DNA from: Minisyncoccota bacterium
GTDB lineage: Bacteria > Patescibacteriota > Minisyncoccia > UBA6257 > JAAZHW01
Assembly (NCBI GenBank): GCA_035369485.1
Contig: DAOSMC010000001.1
Span: forward strand, 2,283-66,282
Direction: 5' to 3'
Length of the DNA: 64,000 nt
The translations under genes and the position numbers were made by a program. The notes beneath the pieces were generated by a model. The model was not told where the DNA came from, ran no database searches, and saw nothing but the letters and a program-made list of their open reading frames with translations. Of the stretch, positions 48,234 through 58,376 are shown piece by piece. Position 1 is the stretch's first letter, and each line of letters opens with the position of its first letter.

Positions 48234-48866
48234 ATGAAGACTGATCTTTATAATCAAAAAGGAGAAGTGATAGGTCAGATTGCATTATCTGATAAAATTT
48301 TTGGAGCAAAATGGAATCCAGTTTTGGTGCATCAGGTTTTAGTTGCTATTAAAAGTAATCAGAGGAAACCCATAGCTCATGCTAAAGATCGAGGAGAGGT
48401 GAGTGGTGGCGGAAGAAAGCCTTGGCGACAAAAAGGAACAGGTCGGGCTCGTCACGGATCAATTCGCTCGCCATTATGGATTGGCGGAGGTGTTACCTTT
48501 GGGCCAACGAAAGAAAAGAATTATCAGAAAAAAATTAATAAAAAAGCCAAACAGCAAGCCTTTATTTCTGCACTGTCTAAAAAAATGACTGATGGAGAAA
48601 TAAAAGTGGTAGAAACGATTCACCTCGAACATTCCAAAACAAAAGAAATGGCAAAAATTTTATCTTCATTTTTAAATACTAAAAAAAGAAATCAGGGTCT
48701 TATTGTTTTACCGTCGAGTGACCCATCAATTATTCGAGCAACGCGTAATTTATCTTTTGCCGCTGCCACAATTGCTGATAACCTTAATTTGCCTGATATT
48801 CTTAAATATAAAAACATTATTTTTACCAAGGAAGCAATAGAAAAATTAAATGAAAAAATAAAATAA
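48234..48866 (+). CDS. rplD: 50S ribosomal protein L4
   Basis: KPWRQKGTGRARHGS. Confidence 0.98.
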   Translation: MKTDLYNQKGEVIGQIALSDKIFGAKWNPVLVHQVLVAIKSNQRKPIAHAKDRGEVSGGGRKPWRQKGTGRARHGSIRSPLWIGGGVTFGPTKEKNYQKKINKKAKQQAFISALSKKMTDGEIKVVETIHLEHSKTKEMAKILSSFLNTKKRNQGLIVLPSSDPSIIRATRNLSFAAATIADNLNLPDILKYKNIIFTKEAIEKLNEKIK

Positions 48867-48870
48867 ATTT

Positions 48871-49296
48871 ATGAGCATTTTTTCAAAAAAACAATCTAAA
48901 AAGGAAGAATCTGAAGATCAAGACACATTGAAGGAAGAAAAAAAATTGAAAGAAGAAAAAAAAGAGACAGAGAAGCCATCACTTAAAAAAGAAGGCAGAG
49001 GGGTTATATTTAATAAAAATATTTTATTAATAAAAGAGCCTAAAGTAACAGAAAAAAGCCAATCGATCCAAGCATATCGGCAGTATGTTTTTAATGTTGT
49101 AAGACAAGCAAATAAAAATGAAGTAAAAAAAGCGATTGAACGGATTTATAATGTTACTGTAAAAAAAGTGAGAATGATTAATATACCGGCCAAAAAAAGA
49201 AGGTCGGGTCGTTCTGTAGGTAAAAAATCAGGTTACAAAAAAGCGATTGTTACCCTCAAAGAAGGTCAGCAAATTGAGATTATGTCTCAGAAATAA
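48871..49296 (+). CDS. rplW: 50S ribosomal protein L23 with charged N-terminal extension
   Basis: P.VTEK, ANKNEVKKAIE, KKAIVTL. Confidence 0.95.
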   Translation: MSIFSKKQSKKEESEDQDTLKEEKKLKEEKKETEKPSLKKEGRGVIFNKNILLIKEPKVTEKSQSIQAYRQYVFNVVRQANKNEVKKAIERIYNVTVKKVRMINIPAKKRRSGRSVGKKSGYKKAIVTLKEGQQIEIMSQK

Positions 49297-49300
49297 TAAC

Positions 49301-50125
49301 ATGAAAAAGCATAAACCAACTACACCATCACGAAGACATATGACAGCTGTTGAATATAAAGAGATTGTGACGACAAGCGAGCCGTTAAAAAAATTGACGG
49401 CTCCTTTGAAACAGCAAGCTGGCCGTAATTCTTTTGGTCGAATTACAGTGAGACATAGAGGGGGAGGCAATAAACGATTGTATCGACTAGTTGATTTTAA
49501 ACAAGATAAGTTTAATATAAAAGGAACAATTAAAGAGATCGAATATGATCCTAATCGCAACACTTATATTGGTCGTGTAGCGTACGAAGATGGCGAATAT
49601 CGATATGTTCTTTTGCCTGAGGGTATGAAAACAGGAGATCAAATTATTACAACAGAATTAACATCTATTACTCCGGGTAATCGATTACCTTTAAAAAACA
49701 TTCCTGTTGGTACGAGAGTTTTTAACATTGAACTTTTGCCTAAATCTGGAGGTAAAATAGCTCGAAGCGCAGGCTCAGCGGCTGAAGTGATGGGGATAGA
49801 AGATAAATATTGCATTCTCAAAATGCCATCTGGTGAAATTAGAAGAGTACTAGCCAATTGTTATGCAACTATCGGTTTGCCGTCTAATTCAGAATATCGA
49901 ACTATTAACATTGGCAAGGCAGGAAGAACGCGGTGGTTGAGTGTACGTCCAACGGTTAGAGGAACAGCTATGAATCCTTGTGATCATCCTTATGGAGGAG
50001 GTGAGGGACGTCAACCACGTGGCACAAAAAGACCGAAGAGTGCTTGGGGTAAAGTAACCGGTGGTCATAAGACACGCAATAAAAAGAAATGGTCGAATAG
50101 TTTGATTATAAAACGAAGAAAATAA
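49301..50125 (+). CDS. rplB: 50S ribosomal protein L2
   Basis: [30 protein letters not shown]. Confidence 0.98.
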   Translation: MKKHKPTTPSRRHMTAVEYKEIVTTSEPLKKLTAPLKQQAGRNSFGRITVRHRGGGNKRLYRLVDFKQDKFNIKGTIKEIEYDPNRNTYIGRVAYEDGEYRYVLLPEGMKTGDQIITTELTSITPGNRLPLKNIPVGTRVFNIELLPKSGGKIARSAGSAAEVMGIEDKYCILKMPSGEIRRVLANCYATIGLPSNSEYRTINIGKAGRTRWLSVRPTVRGTAMNPCDHPYGGGEGRQPRGTKRPKSAWGKVTGGHKTRNKKKWSNSLIIKRRK

Positions 50126-50126
50126 A

Positions 50127-50432
50127 ATGAGCAGAAGTCTTAAAAAAGGACCATTTATTAATCCAAAACTACTGAAAAAAATGGCAAAAATTAAGCCTGA
50201 TTCTGGTCAGGTTATTAAAACTTGGTCTCGATCTTCTACCATTTCTCCCGAGATGATTGGTTATACGTTTGCTGTTCATAATGGGAAAGATTTCATTGAA
50301 GTGAAAGTAACAGAAGAAATGGTGGGTCATCGATTAGGTGAATTTGCGCCAACGCGGAAATTTATTAAACATGGAGGAAAAATGCAGCGAGAATTAGAAA
50401 AGAAGGCGGTCGTTAATGAACCAGCAAAATAA
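50127..50432 (+). CDS. rpsS: 30S ribosomal protein S19
   Basis: [25 protein letters not shown]. Confidence 0.98.
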   Translation: MSRSLKKGPFINPKLLKKMAKIKPDSGQVIKTWSRSSTISPEMIGYTFAVHNGKDFIEVKVTEEMVGHRLGEFAPTRKFIKHGGKMQRELEKKAVVNEPAK

Positions 50433-50441
50433 AATCTCCTT

Positions 50442-50972
50442 ATGGCTAAAGAAAACGTTGCAATTGCAAAATTGAAATATCTTCATATGGCACCAAGAAA
50501 AGTGCGCTTGGTAGCCAACAGCATTAAAGGCAAGCATGTTATAGAAGCTGAGGCTCAATTAGTATATGCTCCGCAACGAGCGGCAAAGCCCATGCTTAAA
50601 TTATTACGTTCAGCAGTGAATAATGCATCAAACAAGAAGTTAGACAAAAATAAGCTTTTTGTGGCATCGATTACAGTTGATGAAGGGCCAATGCTAAAAA
50701 GATGGTTGCCGCGGGCAATGGGAAGAGCTACGCCCATTCAGAAAAAAATGTCGCACATCACCCTTGTATTAGAAGAAAAAGGAGAATTCAATCGTTATAA
50801 AGTTCCTCAAGCAAAAATTACTAAATCAGAAAAAAAATTAACCGAAACCAAAGGAGGAGTAAAAGAAAAAGAGCACGAATTAAAGAAAAAATCTCCAACG
50901 GTCGAGGAGACAAAAAAGAAACCTCAAGAAGGATTTGCTCGCAAAATTTTTAGACGAAAAGAAATTGCTTAA
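50442..50972 (+). CDS. rplV: 50S ribosomal protein L22 with C-terminal extension
   Basis: APRKVRLVA, PRAMGRA, SHITLVL. Confidence 0.97.
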   Translation: MAKENVAIAKLKYLHMAPRKVRLVANSIKGKHVIEAEAQLVYAPQRAAKPMLKLLRSAVNNASNKKLDKNKLFVASITVDEGPMLKRWLPRAMGRATPIQKKMSHITLVLEEKGEFNRYKVPQAKITKSEKKLTETKGGVKEKEHELKKKSPTVEETKKKPQEGFARKIFRRKEIA

Positions 50973-50986
50973 AATAGACAAAAAAT

Positions 50987-51703
50987 ATGGGACAAAAAAT
51001 TCATCCAAAATCTTTTAGATTAGGAATTAATAAAAATTGGAGTGAACGATGGTTGGCTTCAAAGAAAACACGTCCGATTATTTTGGAAGAGGATGTTAAA
51101 ATTCGTAATTTTCTCAATAAGAAATTAAGGAATGCCTTGATTGCTGACGTTGAAATTGAACGATTAGAGAATAATATCAATCTTATTATTAAAACAGCCC
51201 GCCCTGGTGTTATTATTGGGAGAGGCGGTAAGGGAATTGAAGATTTAAAGAAGGAAGTTGAAAAAATTATTAGACGTCATCGCAAAGAAAGAAAATATCC
51301 TCTTAATTATGTTCTAAATATTTCAATTGAAGAAGTCAAAAATCCTACAGCTAACGCAGCAATTGTTGCTCAATCTATTGCTGCCTCAATTGAAAAGAGA
51401 ATGCCTTATCGACGATTAATGAAGAAAGCAATTGAAGATGCCAAGCAAAATAAAGAAGTAAAAGGAATTAAGATTAAATTAAGTGGACGTTTGAATGGTG
51501 TGGAAATTGCTCGCTCTGAGTGGTTGGATTGGGGAGCAATGCCTTTACAAACTATTCGAGCTGATATTGATTATAGTGAAGCTACTGCATTTTGTACTTA
51601 CGGCACTATTGGAATAAAGGTGTGGATTTATAAAGGAGAAATTTTTGATAAAAACAAAAACAAAGAGGGAATATCAGAAATGTCTAATAAACAAACAAAA
51701 TAA
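50987..51703 (+). CDS. rpsC: 30S ribosomal protein S3
   Basis: MGQKIHP, RPGVIIG, GRLNG. Confidence 0.98.
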   Translation: MGQKIHPKSFRLGINKNWSERWLASKKTRPIILEEDVKIRNFLNKKLRNALIADVEIERLENNINLIIKTARPGVIIGRGGKGIEDLKKEVEKIIRRHRKERKYPLNYVLNISIEEVKNPTANAAIVAQSIAASIEKRMPYRRLMKKAIEDAKQNKEVKGIKIKLSGRLNGVEIARSEWLDWGAMPLQTIRADIDYSEATAFCTYGTIGIKVWIYKGEIFDKNKNKEGISEMSNKQTK

Positions 51704-51705
51704 AT

Positions 51706-52119
51706 ATGTTGATGCCTAAAAAATTAAAACATCGAAAATATCAGAAAGGGCGATCTCGCAAAAGATCAATAGAAACTCGAGGAACATTTTTGACTTTTGG
51801 CTCATATGGATTGCAAGCGCTTGATAATATATGGTTAACAGCTCAACAAATTGAAGCAGGAAGAAAGGCAATTGTAGGTTATTTAAAAAAAGGAGGTAAA
51901 GTTTGGTTGCGTGTTTTTCCCGATAAGCCTATTACTAAAAAACCGCCGGAAGTAACAATGGGAGGTGGAAAGGGGGATTTGGATCATTTTGCATTTCCCG
52001 TTCGAAAAGGGCGAATTATTTATGAGATTGATGGTGTTAGTGAAGAAATTGCCACTGAAGCTTTAAGAAGGGCAGGAACTAAAATGCCCATTAAAACTAG
52101 AATCGTCAAAAAAGAATAG
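51706..52119 (+). CDS. rplP: 50S ribosomal protein L16
   Basis: MLMPK, RVFPDKP, MGGGKG. Confidence 0.98.
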   Translation: MLMPKKLKHRKYQKGRSRKRSIETRGTFLTFGSYGLQALDNIWLTAQQIEAGRKAIVGYLKKGGKVWLRVFPDKPITKKPPEVTMGGGKGDLDHFAFPVRKGRIIYEIDGVSEEIATEALRRAGTKMPIKTRIVKKE

Positions 52120-52131
52120 AAACACTTTGTT

Positions 52132-52341
52132 ATGGAATTCAAAGAATTAAAAAATTTACCTAAATCGGAATTAGAAAAATTATTAGCGCAAAACAGAGAT
52201 AAAATAAAAGAATTGCGTTTTAATTTAGCTTTTGGTAAAGTGAAAGATATTAGCGAAATTAAAAAGACAAAAAAGAGTATCGCTCAAATTTTAACATTAT
52301 TAAATAGTCAAAAAAATGAATCAAAAAAATCATCCAATTAA
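52132..52341 (+). CDS. rpmC: 50S ribosomal protein L29
   Basis: LRFNL, IAQILT; operon position. Confidence 0.93.
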   Translation: MEFKELKNLPKSELEKLLAQNRDKIKELRFNLAFGKVKDISEIKKTKKSIAQILTLLNSQKNESKKSSN

Positions 52342-52615
52342 AAAAAGATTAGAAGGAATAGTTATTTCGGACAAGATGGATAAAACCGTTGTGGTTAAGG
52401 TAGAACGTTTTAAAAAGCATCCCTTTTATCACAAAATTATGACGGTTTCAAAACATTTTAAGGCCCATAATGAAAATAACGAAGCAAAAGAAGGCGATTA
52501 TGTAATTATTGAGGAAACGCGGCCACTTTCCAGAGAAAAAAGATGGCGCGTAGTTCAGATTGTTAAAAAAGGAAACTCAAAAAATCTAGTCGGTAGTGAT
52601 AAAATTAATGAGTAG
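52316..52615 (+). CDS. rpsQ: 30S ribosomal protein S17
   Basis: [16 protein letters not shown]. Confidence 0.97.
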   Translation: MNQKNHPIKKRLEGIVISDKMDKTVVVKVERFKKHPFYHKIMTVSKHFKAHNENNEAKEGDYVIIEETRPLSREKRWRVVQIVKKGNSKNLVGSDKINE

Positions 52616-52624
52616 AAATAGAAT

Positions 52625-52993
52625 ATGATTCAACCGAGAACAATGCTAAAAGTAGCGGATAATAGTGGCGCTAAAATAGTGCAATGTTTTAAAGTTTTGG
52701 GAGGAACTCGTCGGCGCTATGCTCAGATTGGTGATATAATTATTGCATCCGTTAAAATGGCTCAACCAAGAAAGAGTGTTTCCAAAAAAGACATAGTTCG
52801 TTGTTTGGTTGTTAGACAGAAAAAACCCTATCGTCGTGAAGATGGCTCATATATTCGTTTTGATGACAATGCCGTAGTTTTAATTGATAATAAAAATCAG
52901 CCGCGGGGTACAAGAATTTTTGGCCCAATCCCGAGAGAAATAAAACAAAAGGGTTTCGAAGAGGTCGCTTCACTAGCAGTAGAGATTTTGTAA
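52625..52993 (+). CDS. rplN: 50S ribosomal protein L14
   Basis: VADNSGAK, FDDNAVV, GTRIFGP. Confidence 0.98.
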   Translation: MIQPRTMLKVADNSGAKIVQCFKVLGGTRRRYAQIGDIIIASVKMAQPRKSVSKKDIVRCLVVRQKKPYRREDGSYIRFDDNAVVLIDNKNQPRGTRIFGPIPREIKQKGFEEVASLAVEIL

Positions 52994-52995
52994 TT

Positions 52996-53319
52996 ATGAA
53001 AAAGAATAATAAAATGAAAATTAAAAAGGGAGATGAAGTGGTTGTTTTAGTCGGGAAAGATAAGGGGAAAAGAGGTAAGGTCATCGTAGTTTTACCTAAA
53101 AATAATAAAGCAATAGTGGAAGGCTTGAATTTAGTCAAAAAACACCGTCGACCAAAGCGCCAAGGCGAAAAAGGAGAGATTATTTCATTACCCCGGCCAA
53201 TAGATGTTTCTAAGTTAGCGTTATGGTGTTCTCGATGCAATCGTCAAACAAGAGTCGGTTATCGTTTTGAAGACGATAAAAAATTAAGAATTTGTAAAAG
53301 ATGTCAGCAATTGATCTAA
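52996..53319 (+). CDS. rplX: 50S ribosomal protein L24
   Basis: KKGDEV..GKDKGK KOW motif. Confidence 0.97.
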   Translation: MKKNNKMKIKKGDEVVVLVGKDKGKRGKVIVVLPKNNKAIVEGLNLVKKHRRPKRQGEKGEIISLPRPIDVSKLALWCSRCNRQTRVGYRFEDDKKLRICKRCQQLI

Positions 53320-53864
53320 AAACTAAATATCAGAAAGAAGTGAGGCCAAAGTTACAGAAAGAATTTAGGTTAAAAAATGTGTATGCTGTGCCCTCTATAA
53401 AAAAGGTGGTAATTAATGTAGGAATAGGTAAAATGTTAAGTACAGCTGCTCAATCAAAAAACATCGATGATTTTCTTAAACAAATCAAACAAGATGTAAG
53501 TTTAATTGCTGGTCAATGGCCAAAAGAATCAAGGGCAAAAAAATCGGTCTCATCTTTTAAAATTAGAAAAGGAGATGTGGTGGGATTGACTGTTACTTTG
53601 CGGGGTCAGAGGATGTATGATTTTTTAGCACGATTAGTAAATATTGCGTTACCACGCACTAGAGATTTTCGGGGAATTTCTATTAAAAATTTGGACGAGC
53701 ATGGTAATTTAAATATCGGCATTGCAGAAGCTTCAATTTTTCCAGAAGTTACCAATAATGTTTTGAAACATCCTTTTGGTTTAGAGGTAACTATAGTAGT
53801 AAACGATAAAAACAAAGAAAGAGTCGTAAACATGTTAAAATCGTTAGGTTTTCCTATTAAATAA
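53301..53864 (+). CDS. rplE: 50S ribosomal protein L5
   Basis: [21 protein letters not shown]. Confidence 0.97.
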   Translation: MSAIDLKTKYQKEVRPKLQKEFRLKNVYAVPSIKKVVINVGIGKMLSTAAQSKNIDDFLKQIKQDVSLIAGQWPKESRAKKSVSSFKIRKGDVVGLTVTLRGQRMYDFLARLVNIALPRTRDFRGISIKNLDEHGNLNIGIAEASIFPEVTNNVLKHPFGLEVTIVVNDKNKERVVNMLKSLGFPIK

Positions 53865-53865
53865 T

Positions 53866-54051
53866 ATGGCCAAAAAATCAGTTGTTGCTAGAGCAAAAAA
53901 ACCACCAAAATATTCAACTCGGATAGTGAGGCGTTGTTTTCGTTGTGGTCGAAAAAGAGGATATCTCAGAGATTTTGGGTTATGTCGTATTTGCGTGCGT
54001 GAATTATCACGGAAAGGTGAAATTCCGGGAATGAAAAAAGCGTCTTGGTAA
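53866..54051 (+). CDS. rpsN: 30S ribosomal protein S14, zinc-binding type Z
   Basis: CFRC...CRIC, KASW. Confidence 0.97.
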   Translation: MAKKSVVARAKKPPKYSTRIVRRCFRCGRKRGYLRDFGLCRICVRELSRKGEIPGMKKASW

Positions 54052-54067
54052 ATAAAATAAGAATATT

Positions 54068-54457
54068 ATGGATACTATCTCAGATTTTCTTAATCAAATA
54101 AAAAATGCTTTAGCGGCTAAGAAACCGTTTCTTTTAACACCCCATTCTAAAATGAAAGAAGAGATTGCAAAAATTTTATTAGAAGAACAATATATTAGCA
54201 ATTACAAGGTTAGTGGCAAGGCGCCGAAGAAAATTTTAAGAATAGACCTCAAATATAATGAAGACGGAACACCGGCCATTCGAGAAATAAAACGTATTAG
54301 CAAACCAGGTTGTCGTCGCTTTATAAAAACAAAAAATATTAAAAGAGTAAAGTCTGGCTATGGTCGTTACATTATTTCCACTCCTAATGGGTTAATGACA
54401 AATATTGAAGCTCAAAAACATCATTTGGGAGGAGAAATAATTTGTGAAATATTTTAA
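54068..54457 (+). CDS. rpsH: 30S ribosomal protein S8
   Basis: RISKPG, STPNG, GGEI. Confidence 0.97.
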   Translation: MDTISDFLNQIKNALAAKKPFLLTPHSKMKEEIAKILLEEQYISNYKVSGKAPKKILRIDLKYNEDGTPAIREIKRISKPGCRRFIKTKNIKRVKSGYGRYIISTPNGLMTNIEAQKHHLGGEIICEIF

Positions 54458-54461
54458 TATT

Positions 54462-55004
54462 ATGTCTAAAATAGGAAAGAAACTTATTGTAATACCAGAC
54501 AATGTAAAAATAGAAGTTTTAGAAAATGAAGTGATGATTAAAGGCCCGAAGGGAGAATTAAAAGTTCCTTTATTCCCTGATTTTAATGTAGAACTTGAAG
54601 GAAATTATTTAAAAATTATTCCTACGCGTGAGAAGAAATTTACTTCTGCATTTTGGGGAACGCTTCGATCTTTAATCGCCAATGCAGTAAAAGGTGTAAG
54701 TGAAGGGTTCGAAAAAAAATTAGAAATTGAAGGCGTTGGCTATCGAGCTAACGTTGAGGGGAATATTCTTGTTTTAAATTTGGGATTTTCTCATCCGATT
54801 CGTTTCGAAATCCCCAAGGGCATAGATATTGTGGTAGCAAAAAATTTAATTACTATTTCTGGAGCAGACAAACAATTAGTAGGTCAAACAGCTGCTAAAA
54901 TACGATCTTTTCGAAAACCCGAACCATATAAAGGCAAAGGAATTCATTATGTCGGTGAACACATTAGACGTAAAGCTGGTAAAAAAGCAACGGCTACGGC
55001 TTAA
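54462..55004 (+). CDS. rplF: 50S ribosomal protein L6
   Basis: MSKIGK, GVGYRA, PEPYKGKGI. Confidence 0.98.
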   Translation: MSKIGKKLIVIPDNVKIEVLENEVMIKGPKGELKVPLFPDFNVELEGNYLKIIPTREKKFTSAFWGTLRSLIANAVKGVSEGFEKKLEIEGVGYRANVEGNILVLNLGFSHPIRFEIPKGIDIVVAKNLITISGADKQLVGQTAAKIRSFRKPEPYKGKGIHYVGEHIRRKAGKKATATA

Positions 55005-55025
55005 ATTTAAAATAATTCAAAAATT

Positions 55026-55379
55026 ATGAAGCAGAAAAGAACAAAAAAAGAAAAACGAATAAGACGACACAAAAAAATTCGAGCCAATATATCAGGGACA
55101 AAAACAAAACCTCGAATTAGCGTTTTTATTTCCAATAAACATATTTATGTTCAGGCGATTGATGATGAAAAAGGCGTAACTTTAACAAGCGTTTCGGATC
55201 AAGATTTAAAAAAGAAAAGCAAAAAATTAGAATTAAGCAAAGAAGTTGGATTGACATTGGCAGAAAAGTTAAAGAAATTAAATATTAAAAGTGCTGTTTT
55301 TGACCGAGGTGGTTTTCAGTTTCACGGTCGAGTTAAAAATATAGCCGATGGCTTAAAAGAAAGGGGAATTAAATGTTAA
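55026..55379 (+). CDS. rplR: 50S ribosomal protein L18
   Basis: SNKHIYVQ, FDRGG..FHGRV. Confidence 0.97.
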   Translation: MKQKRTKKEKRIRRHKKIRANISGTKTKPRISVFISNKHIYVQAIDDEKGVTLTSVSDQDLKKKSKKLELSKEVGLTLAEKLKKLNIKSAVFDRGGFQFHGRVKNIADGLKERGIKC

Positions 55380-55383
55380 ATGT

Positions 55384-55965
55384 ATGATTAAAAATAACTC
55401 TACTATTAATAAAAAGAAAGAGAGTGTCGTAGAATTAAAAAATCAAGGTTACGAAGATAAATTACTTGATTTGCGTCGGGTAACGCGCGTTGTGGCGGGA
55501 GGGAAACGATTTAGTTTTCGAGCAACAGTGGTTGTTGGTGATCGTGCAGGAAAGGTAGGCGTTGGTGTGGCCAAAGGAAAAGATGTTAGTGAGGCACTCG
55601 CTAAAGCAAAAACCAAAGCTCAAAAAAGAATGGTTCAAGTTACCATTGTTAACGATACAATTCCGCACGAAGTAAAAGCGAAATATTGTGCAGCAGAAGT
55701 GGTTTTAAAACCTGCTCGGAAAGGTCATGGAATTGTGGCGGGTGGGGCAGTTCGGGCTGTATGCGAATTAGCAGGCATCAAAGATTTAAGTGCGAAAATA
55801 TTAAGTCGTACCCCGAATAAATTAAGTAATGCTAGGGCTACCATTAATGCTTTACAAAAAATTAAACCCAAAAGAGTTAATCAAAGTGATACATCAAAAT
55901 CACAGAATCAACAGCTGGCAAAGTCAGAAGATCAAGCGTCGGAAGTTTTAAAAACCGAAAATTAA
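55384..55965 (+). CDS. rpsE: 30S ribosomal protein S5
   Basis: RVTRVVAGGKRF, GIVAGG. Confidence 0.98.
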   Translation: MIKNNSTINKKKESVVELKNQGYEDKLLDLRRVTRVVAGGKRFSFRATVVVGDRAGKVGVGVAKGKDVSEALAKAKTKAQKRMVQVTIVNDTIPHEVKAKYCAAEVVLKPARKGHGIVAGGAVRAVCELAGIKDLSAKILSRTPNKLSNARATINALQKIKPKRVNQSDTSKSQNQQLAKSEDQASEVLKTEN

Positions 55966-55967
55966 TT

Positions 55968-56381
55968 ATGCAATTACACGAATTAAAAAAAGAATATAAA
56001 ACTAAAAAAGCAAAAAGAGTGGGACGCGGAGGTAAACGCGGAACTTATTCTGGCAGGGGTTCCAAAGGGCAAAAAGCAAGGGCAGGTGCTAAAATTAGAC
56101 CAGCAGTTTATGATCTTATTATTAAAATTCCTAAAAAGCGAGGGGTTAAACATAAATCAATAACAGAAAAACCAGTTCTGATTAATTTCGATATTCTTGA
56201 AAAACATTATCAAGAAGGAGACATAATTTCTCCTCAAACGTTATTTGAAAAGGGTTTGATTAAGAAAAGAGGAGGAGTATTGCCAAAGGTTAAAATTTTA
56301 GGCCGAGGTAATTTAACAAAAAAGTTGATTTTTAAAAAATGCCAATTTTCTCAGCAAGCGTTGGCCAAAATTAAAAAATAA
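55968..56381 (+). CDS. rplO: 50S ribosomal protein L15
   Basis: RVGRG..GRGSKGQKAR, KILG. Confidence 0.96.
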   Translation: MQLHELKKEYKTKKAKRVGRGGKRGTYSGRGSKGQKARAGAKIRPAVYDLIIKIPKKRGVKHKSITEKPVLINFDILEKHYQEGDIISPQTLFEKGLIKKRGGVLPKVKILGRGNLTKKLIFKKCQFSQQALAKIKK

Positions 56382-56386
56382 TCATT

Positions 56387-57664
56387 ATGTCTATTTTGTC
56401 TAAGGTTGCACTGTTATTTAAAATTAAAGATCTCAGAAAAAAAATTTTGACCGTGATTTTTATCTTGGTGATTTTTCGATTATTTGCAACATTGCCCATT
56501 CCAGATATTGATACTGCTCGATTAAACGCCATTTTTGCTTCTAATCAACTTTTGGGTATTTTAAATATTTTTTCAGGAGGAACACTTCAGCAACTTTCTA
56601 TTATGATGTTGGGCGTTGGTCCTTATATTACTGCGACGATTATTATGCAGCTTTTGACGATGGTGATACCGCGATTAAAAGAAATTTATTATGAAGAAGG
56701 AGAAAAGGGAAGGATGAAATTTAATCAGTGGTCTCGTTATATAACAGTACCGCTTTGTATGCTTCAGGCGTATGCTTTTTTGAATTTATTAATTTCTCAA
56801 GATGTCCTTCCTCATTTATCCACCCTGAGCCTTATCAGAAACGTTTTAGTGGTTACGGCCGGCTCAATGCTTTTAATGTGGTTAGGTGAATTAATTAGCG
56901 AATACAAAGTAGGTAATGGCATCTCTTTAATTATTTTTGCTGGTATTGTTAGTGGATGGCCGGCAAGTTTGCGTTCGGCTATTTTATCTTATACTCCTTC
57001 AATGCTGCCTACCTATTTAATGTTTCTCGTTGTAGCCATCATTGTTATTTTAGGAGTTGTTTATATTAATGAAGCAGAAAGGAAAATTCCGATTGCTTAT
57101 GCCAAAAGAGTAAGGGGTAATAAAATGTATGGTGGCGTTTCTAGTTATTTGCCGTTAAAAGTTAACCAAGCCGGTGTCATTCCTATTATTTTCGCTATTT
57201 CTATTTTGCTTTTTCCTCAATTTATTGGACAAATTCTTGTTGCTATTAAAACTTCTTGGGCGGCAAGTGCAGGAAATTTTTTAATGAATATGCTTAATAA
57301 CCAGTTGGTATATTCTATTTTATATTTTTTATTAGTAGTAGTGTTTACTTATTTTTATACGATGGTAACGTTTGATCCAAAAGAAATTTCTACAAACTTA
57401 CAAAGAAATGGTGGATTTATTCCGGGTATTAGGCCGGGGCAGACTACAGCTGATTATATTAGTTTTGTTTTGCATAGAATTACTTTTGTGGGTGCGCTAT
57501 TTTTAGGCGTTATAGCTATTTTACCTAATATTTTGCAGGGAGTCACAGGGACACAATTTTTAACTATCGGCGGTACTTCAATTTTAATTGTAGTTTCGGT
57601 AGCTATCGAAACCATTAAACAGGTAGAATCTCAATTAGTGATGCGTGAATATGAAGGGTTTTAA
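56387..57664 (+). CDS. secY: Preprotein translocase subunit SecY
   Basis: LGVGPYITA, GNGISLIIF, AGVIPIIFA, IPGIRPG, GGTS. Confidence 0.98.
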   Translation: MSILSKVALLFKIKDLRKKILTVIFILVIFRLFATLPIPDIDTARLNAIFASNQLLGILNIFSGGTLQQLSIMMLGVGPYITATIIMQLLTMVIPRLKEIYYEEGEKGRMKFNQWSRYITVPLCMLQAYAFLNLLISQDVLPHLSTLSLIRNVLVVTAGSMLLMWLGELISEYKVGNGISLIIFAGIVSGWPASLRSAILSYTPSMLPTYLMFLVVAIIVILGVVYINEAERKIPIAYAKRVRGNKMYGGVSSYLPLKVNQAGVIPIIFAISILLFPQFIGQILVAIKTSWAASAGNFLMNMLNNQLVYSILYFLLVVVFTYFYTMVTFDPKEISTNLQRNGGFIPGIRPGQTTADYISFVLHRITFVGALFLGVIAILPNILQGVTGTQFLTIGGTSILIVVSVAIETIKQVESQLVMREYEGF

Positions 57665-57682
57665 TTTATATTTTTTATAAAT

Positions 57683-58375
57683 ATGAAGAAAGCCAAAATC
57701 CTTATTTTTTATGGCCCTCCAGGCGCCGGAAAAGACACGCAAGCTCGACGTATTGCGTTTAAATCAGGAGCTGTTATTGTTAGCTCATCAAAATTAATTG
57801 AAGAGAGAATTTTTGATCCTCAACTACAAAACGATCCAATTATTCAAAGAGAACGAAAAAATTATGAATCAGGCGCTTTATGCACGCCCGAATGGGTGAC
57901 CCAAATTATTAATGATAAAGTTAAAGAATTAGCAGCGCAAAAACAGGATCTTATTTTTACTGGTTCGCCACGTACAATTTATGAAGCAGAAAATGAAATT
58001 CCTTATTGGGAAACATTTTATGGCCAAGAAAATATTCATCCTATTTTAATTAATTTAAAACCAGAAACTTCAGTTTTTCGTAATACGCATCGCCGAGTTT
58101 GTGAAAAATGCGGATACCCTGTTATTTATTCGTGGGAGACTGAAATGTGGAAATTCTGTCCATTATGCGGAGGGAAAATCATTGATCGAGGTGTTCTTGA
58201 TGATGAGGCAACAATCAAGGTGCGCTTAGAAGAATATGAAAATCGTACCAAGCCCATTTTGGCTTATTTTCAAAAAAGAGGTTATCAAGTTATTGAAGTT
58301 GATGGCGAGCCGTTGCCAGATATTGTTACCCAAAACCTTATTGAAGCTTTGGCCAAAATTAACTTTTTTGATTAA
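57683..58375 (+). CDS. adk: Adenylate kinase with zinc lid
   Basis: GPPGAGKDTQA, CxxC..CxxC lid, DDE..RLEEY; follows secY. Confidence 0.9.
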   Translation: MKKAKILIFYGPPGAGKDTQARRIAFKSGAVIVSSSKLIEERIFDPQLQNDPIIQRERKNYESGALCTPEWVTQIINDKVKELAAQKQDLIFTGSPRTIYEAENEIPYWETFYGQENIHPILINLKPETSVFRNTHRRVCEKCGYPVIYSWETEMWKFCPLCGGKIIDRGVLDDEATIKVRLEEYENRTKPILAYFQKRGYQVIEVDGEPLPDIVTQNLIEALAKINFFD

Positions 58376-58376
58376 A

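Noticed and set aside
52812-53240. 142-aa antisense ORF and other short antisense or alternate-frame ORFs within conserved genes
   Set aside because: Shadow ORFs of well-conserved genes on the opposite strand or another frame
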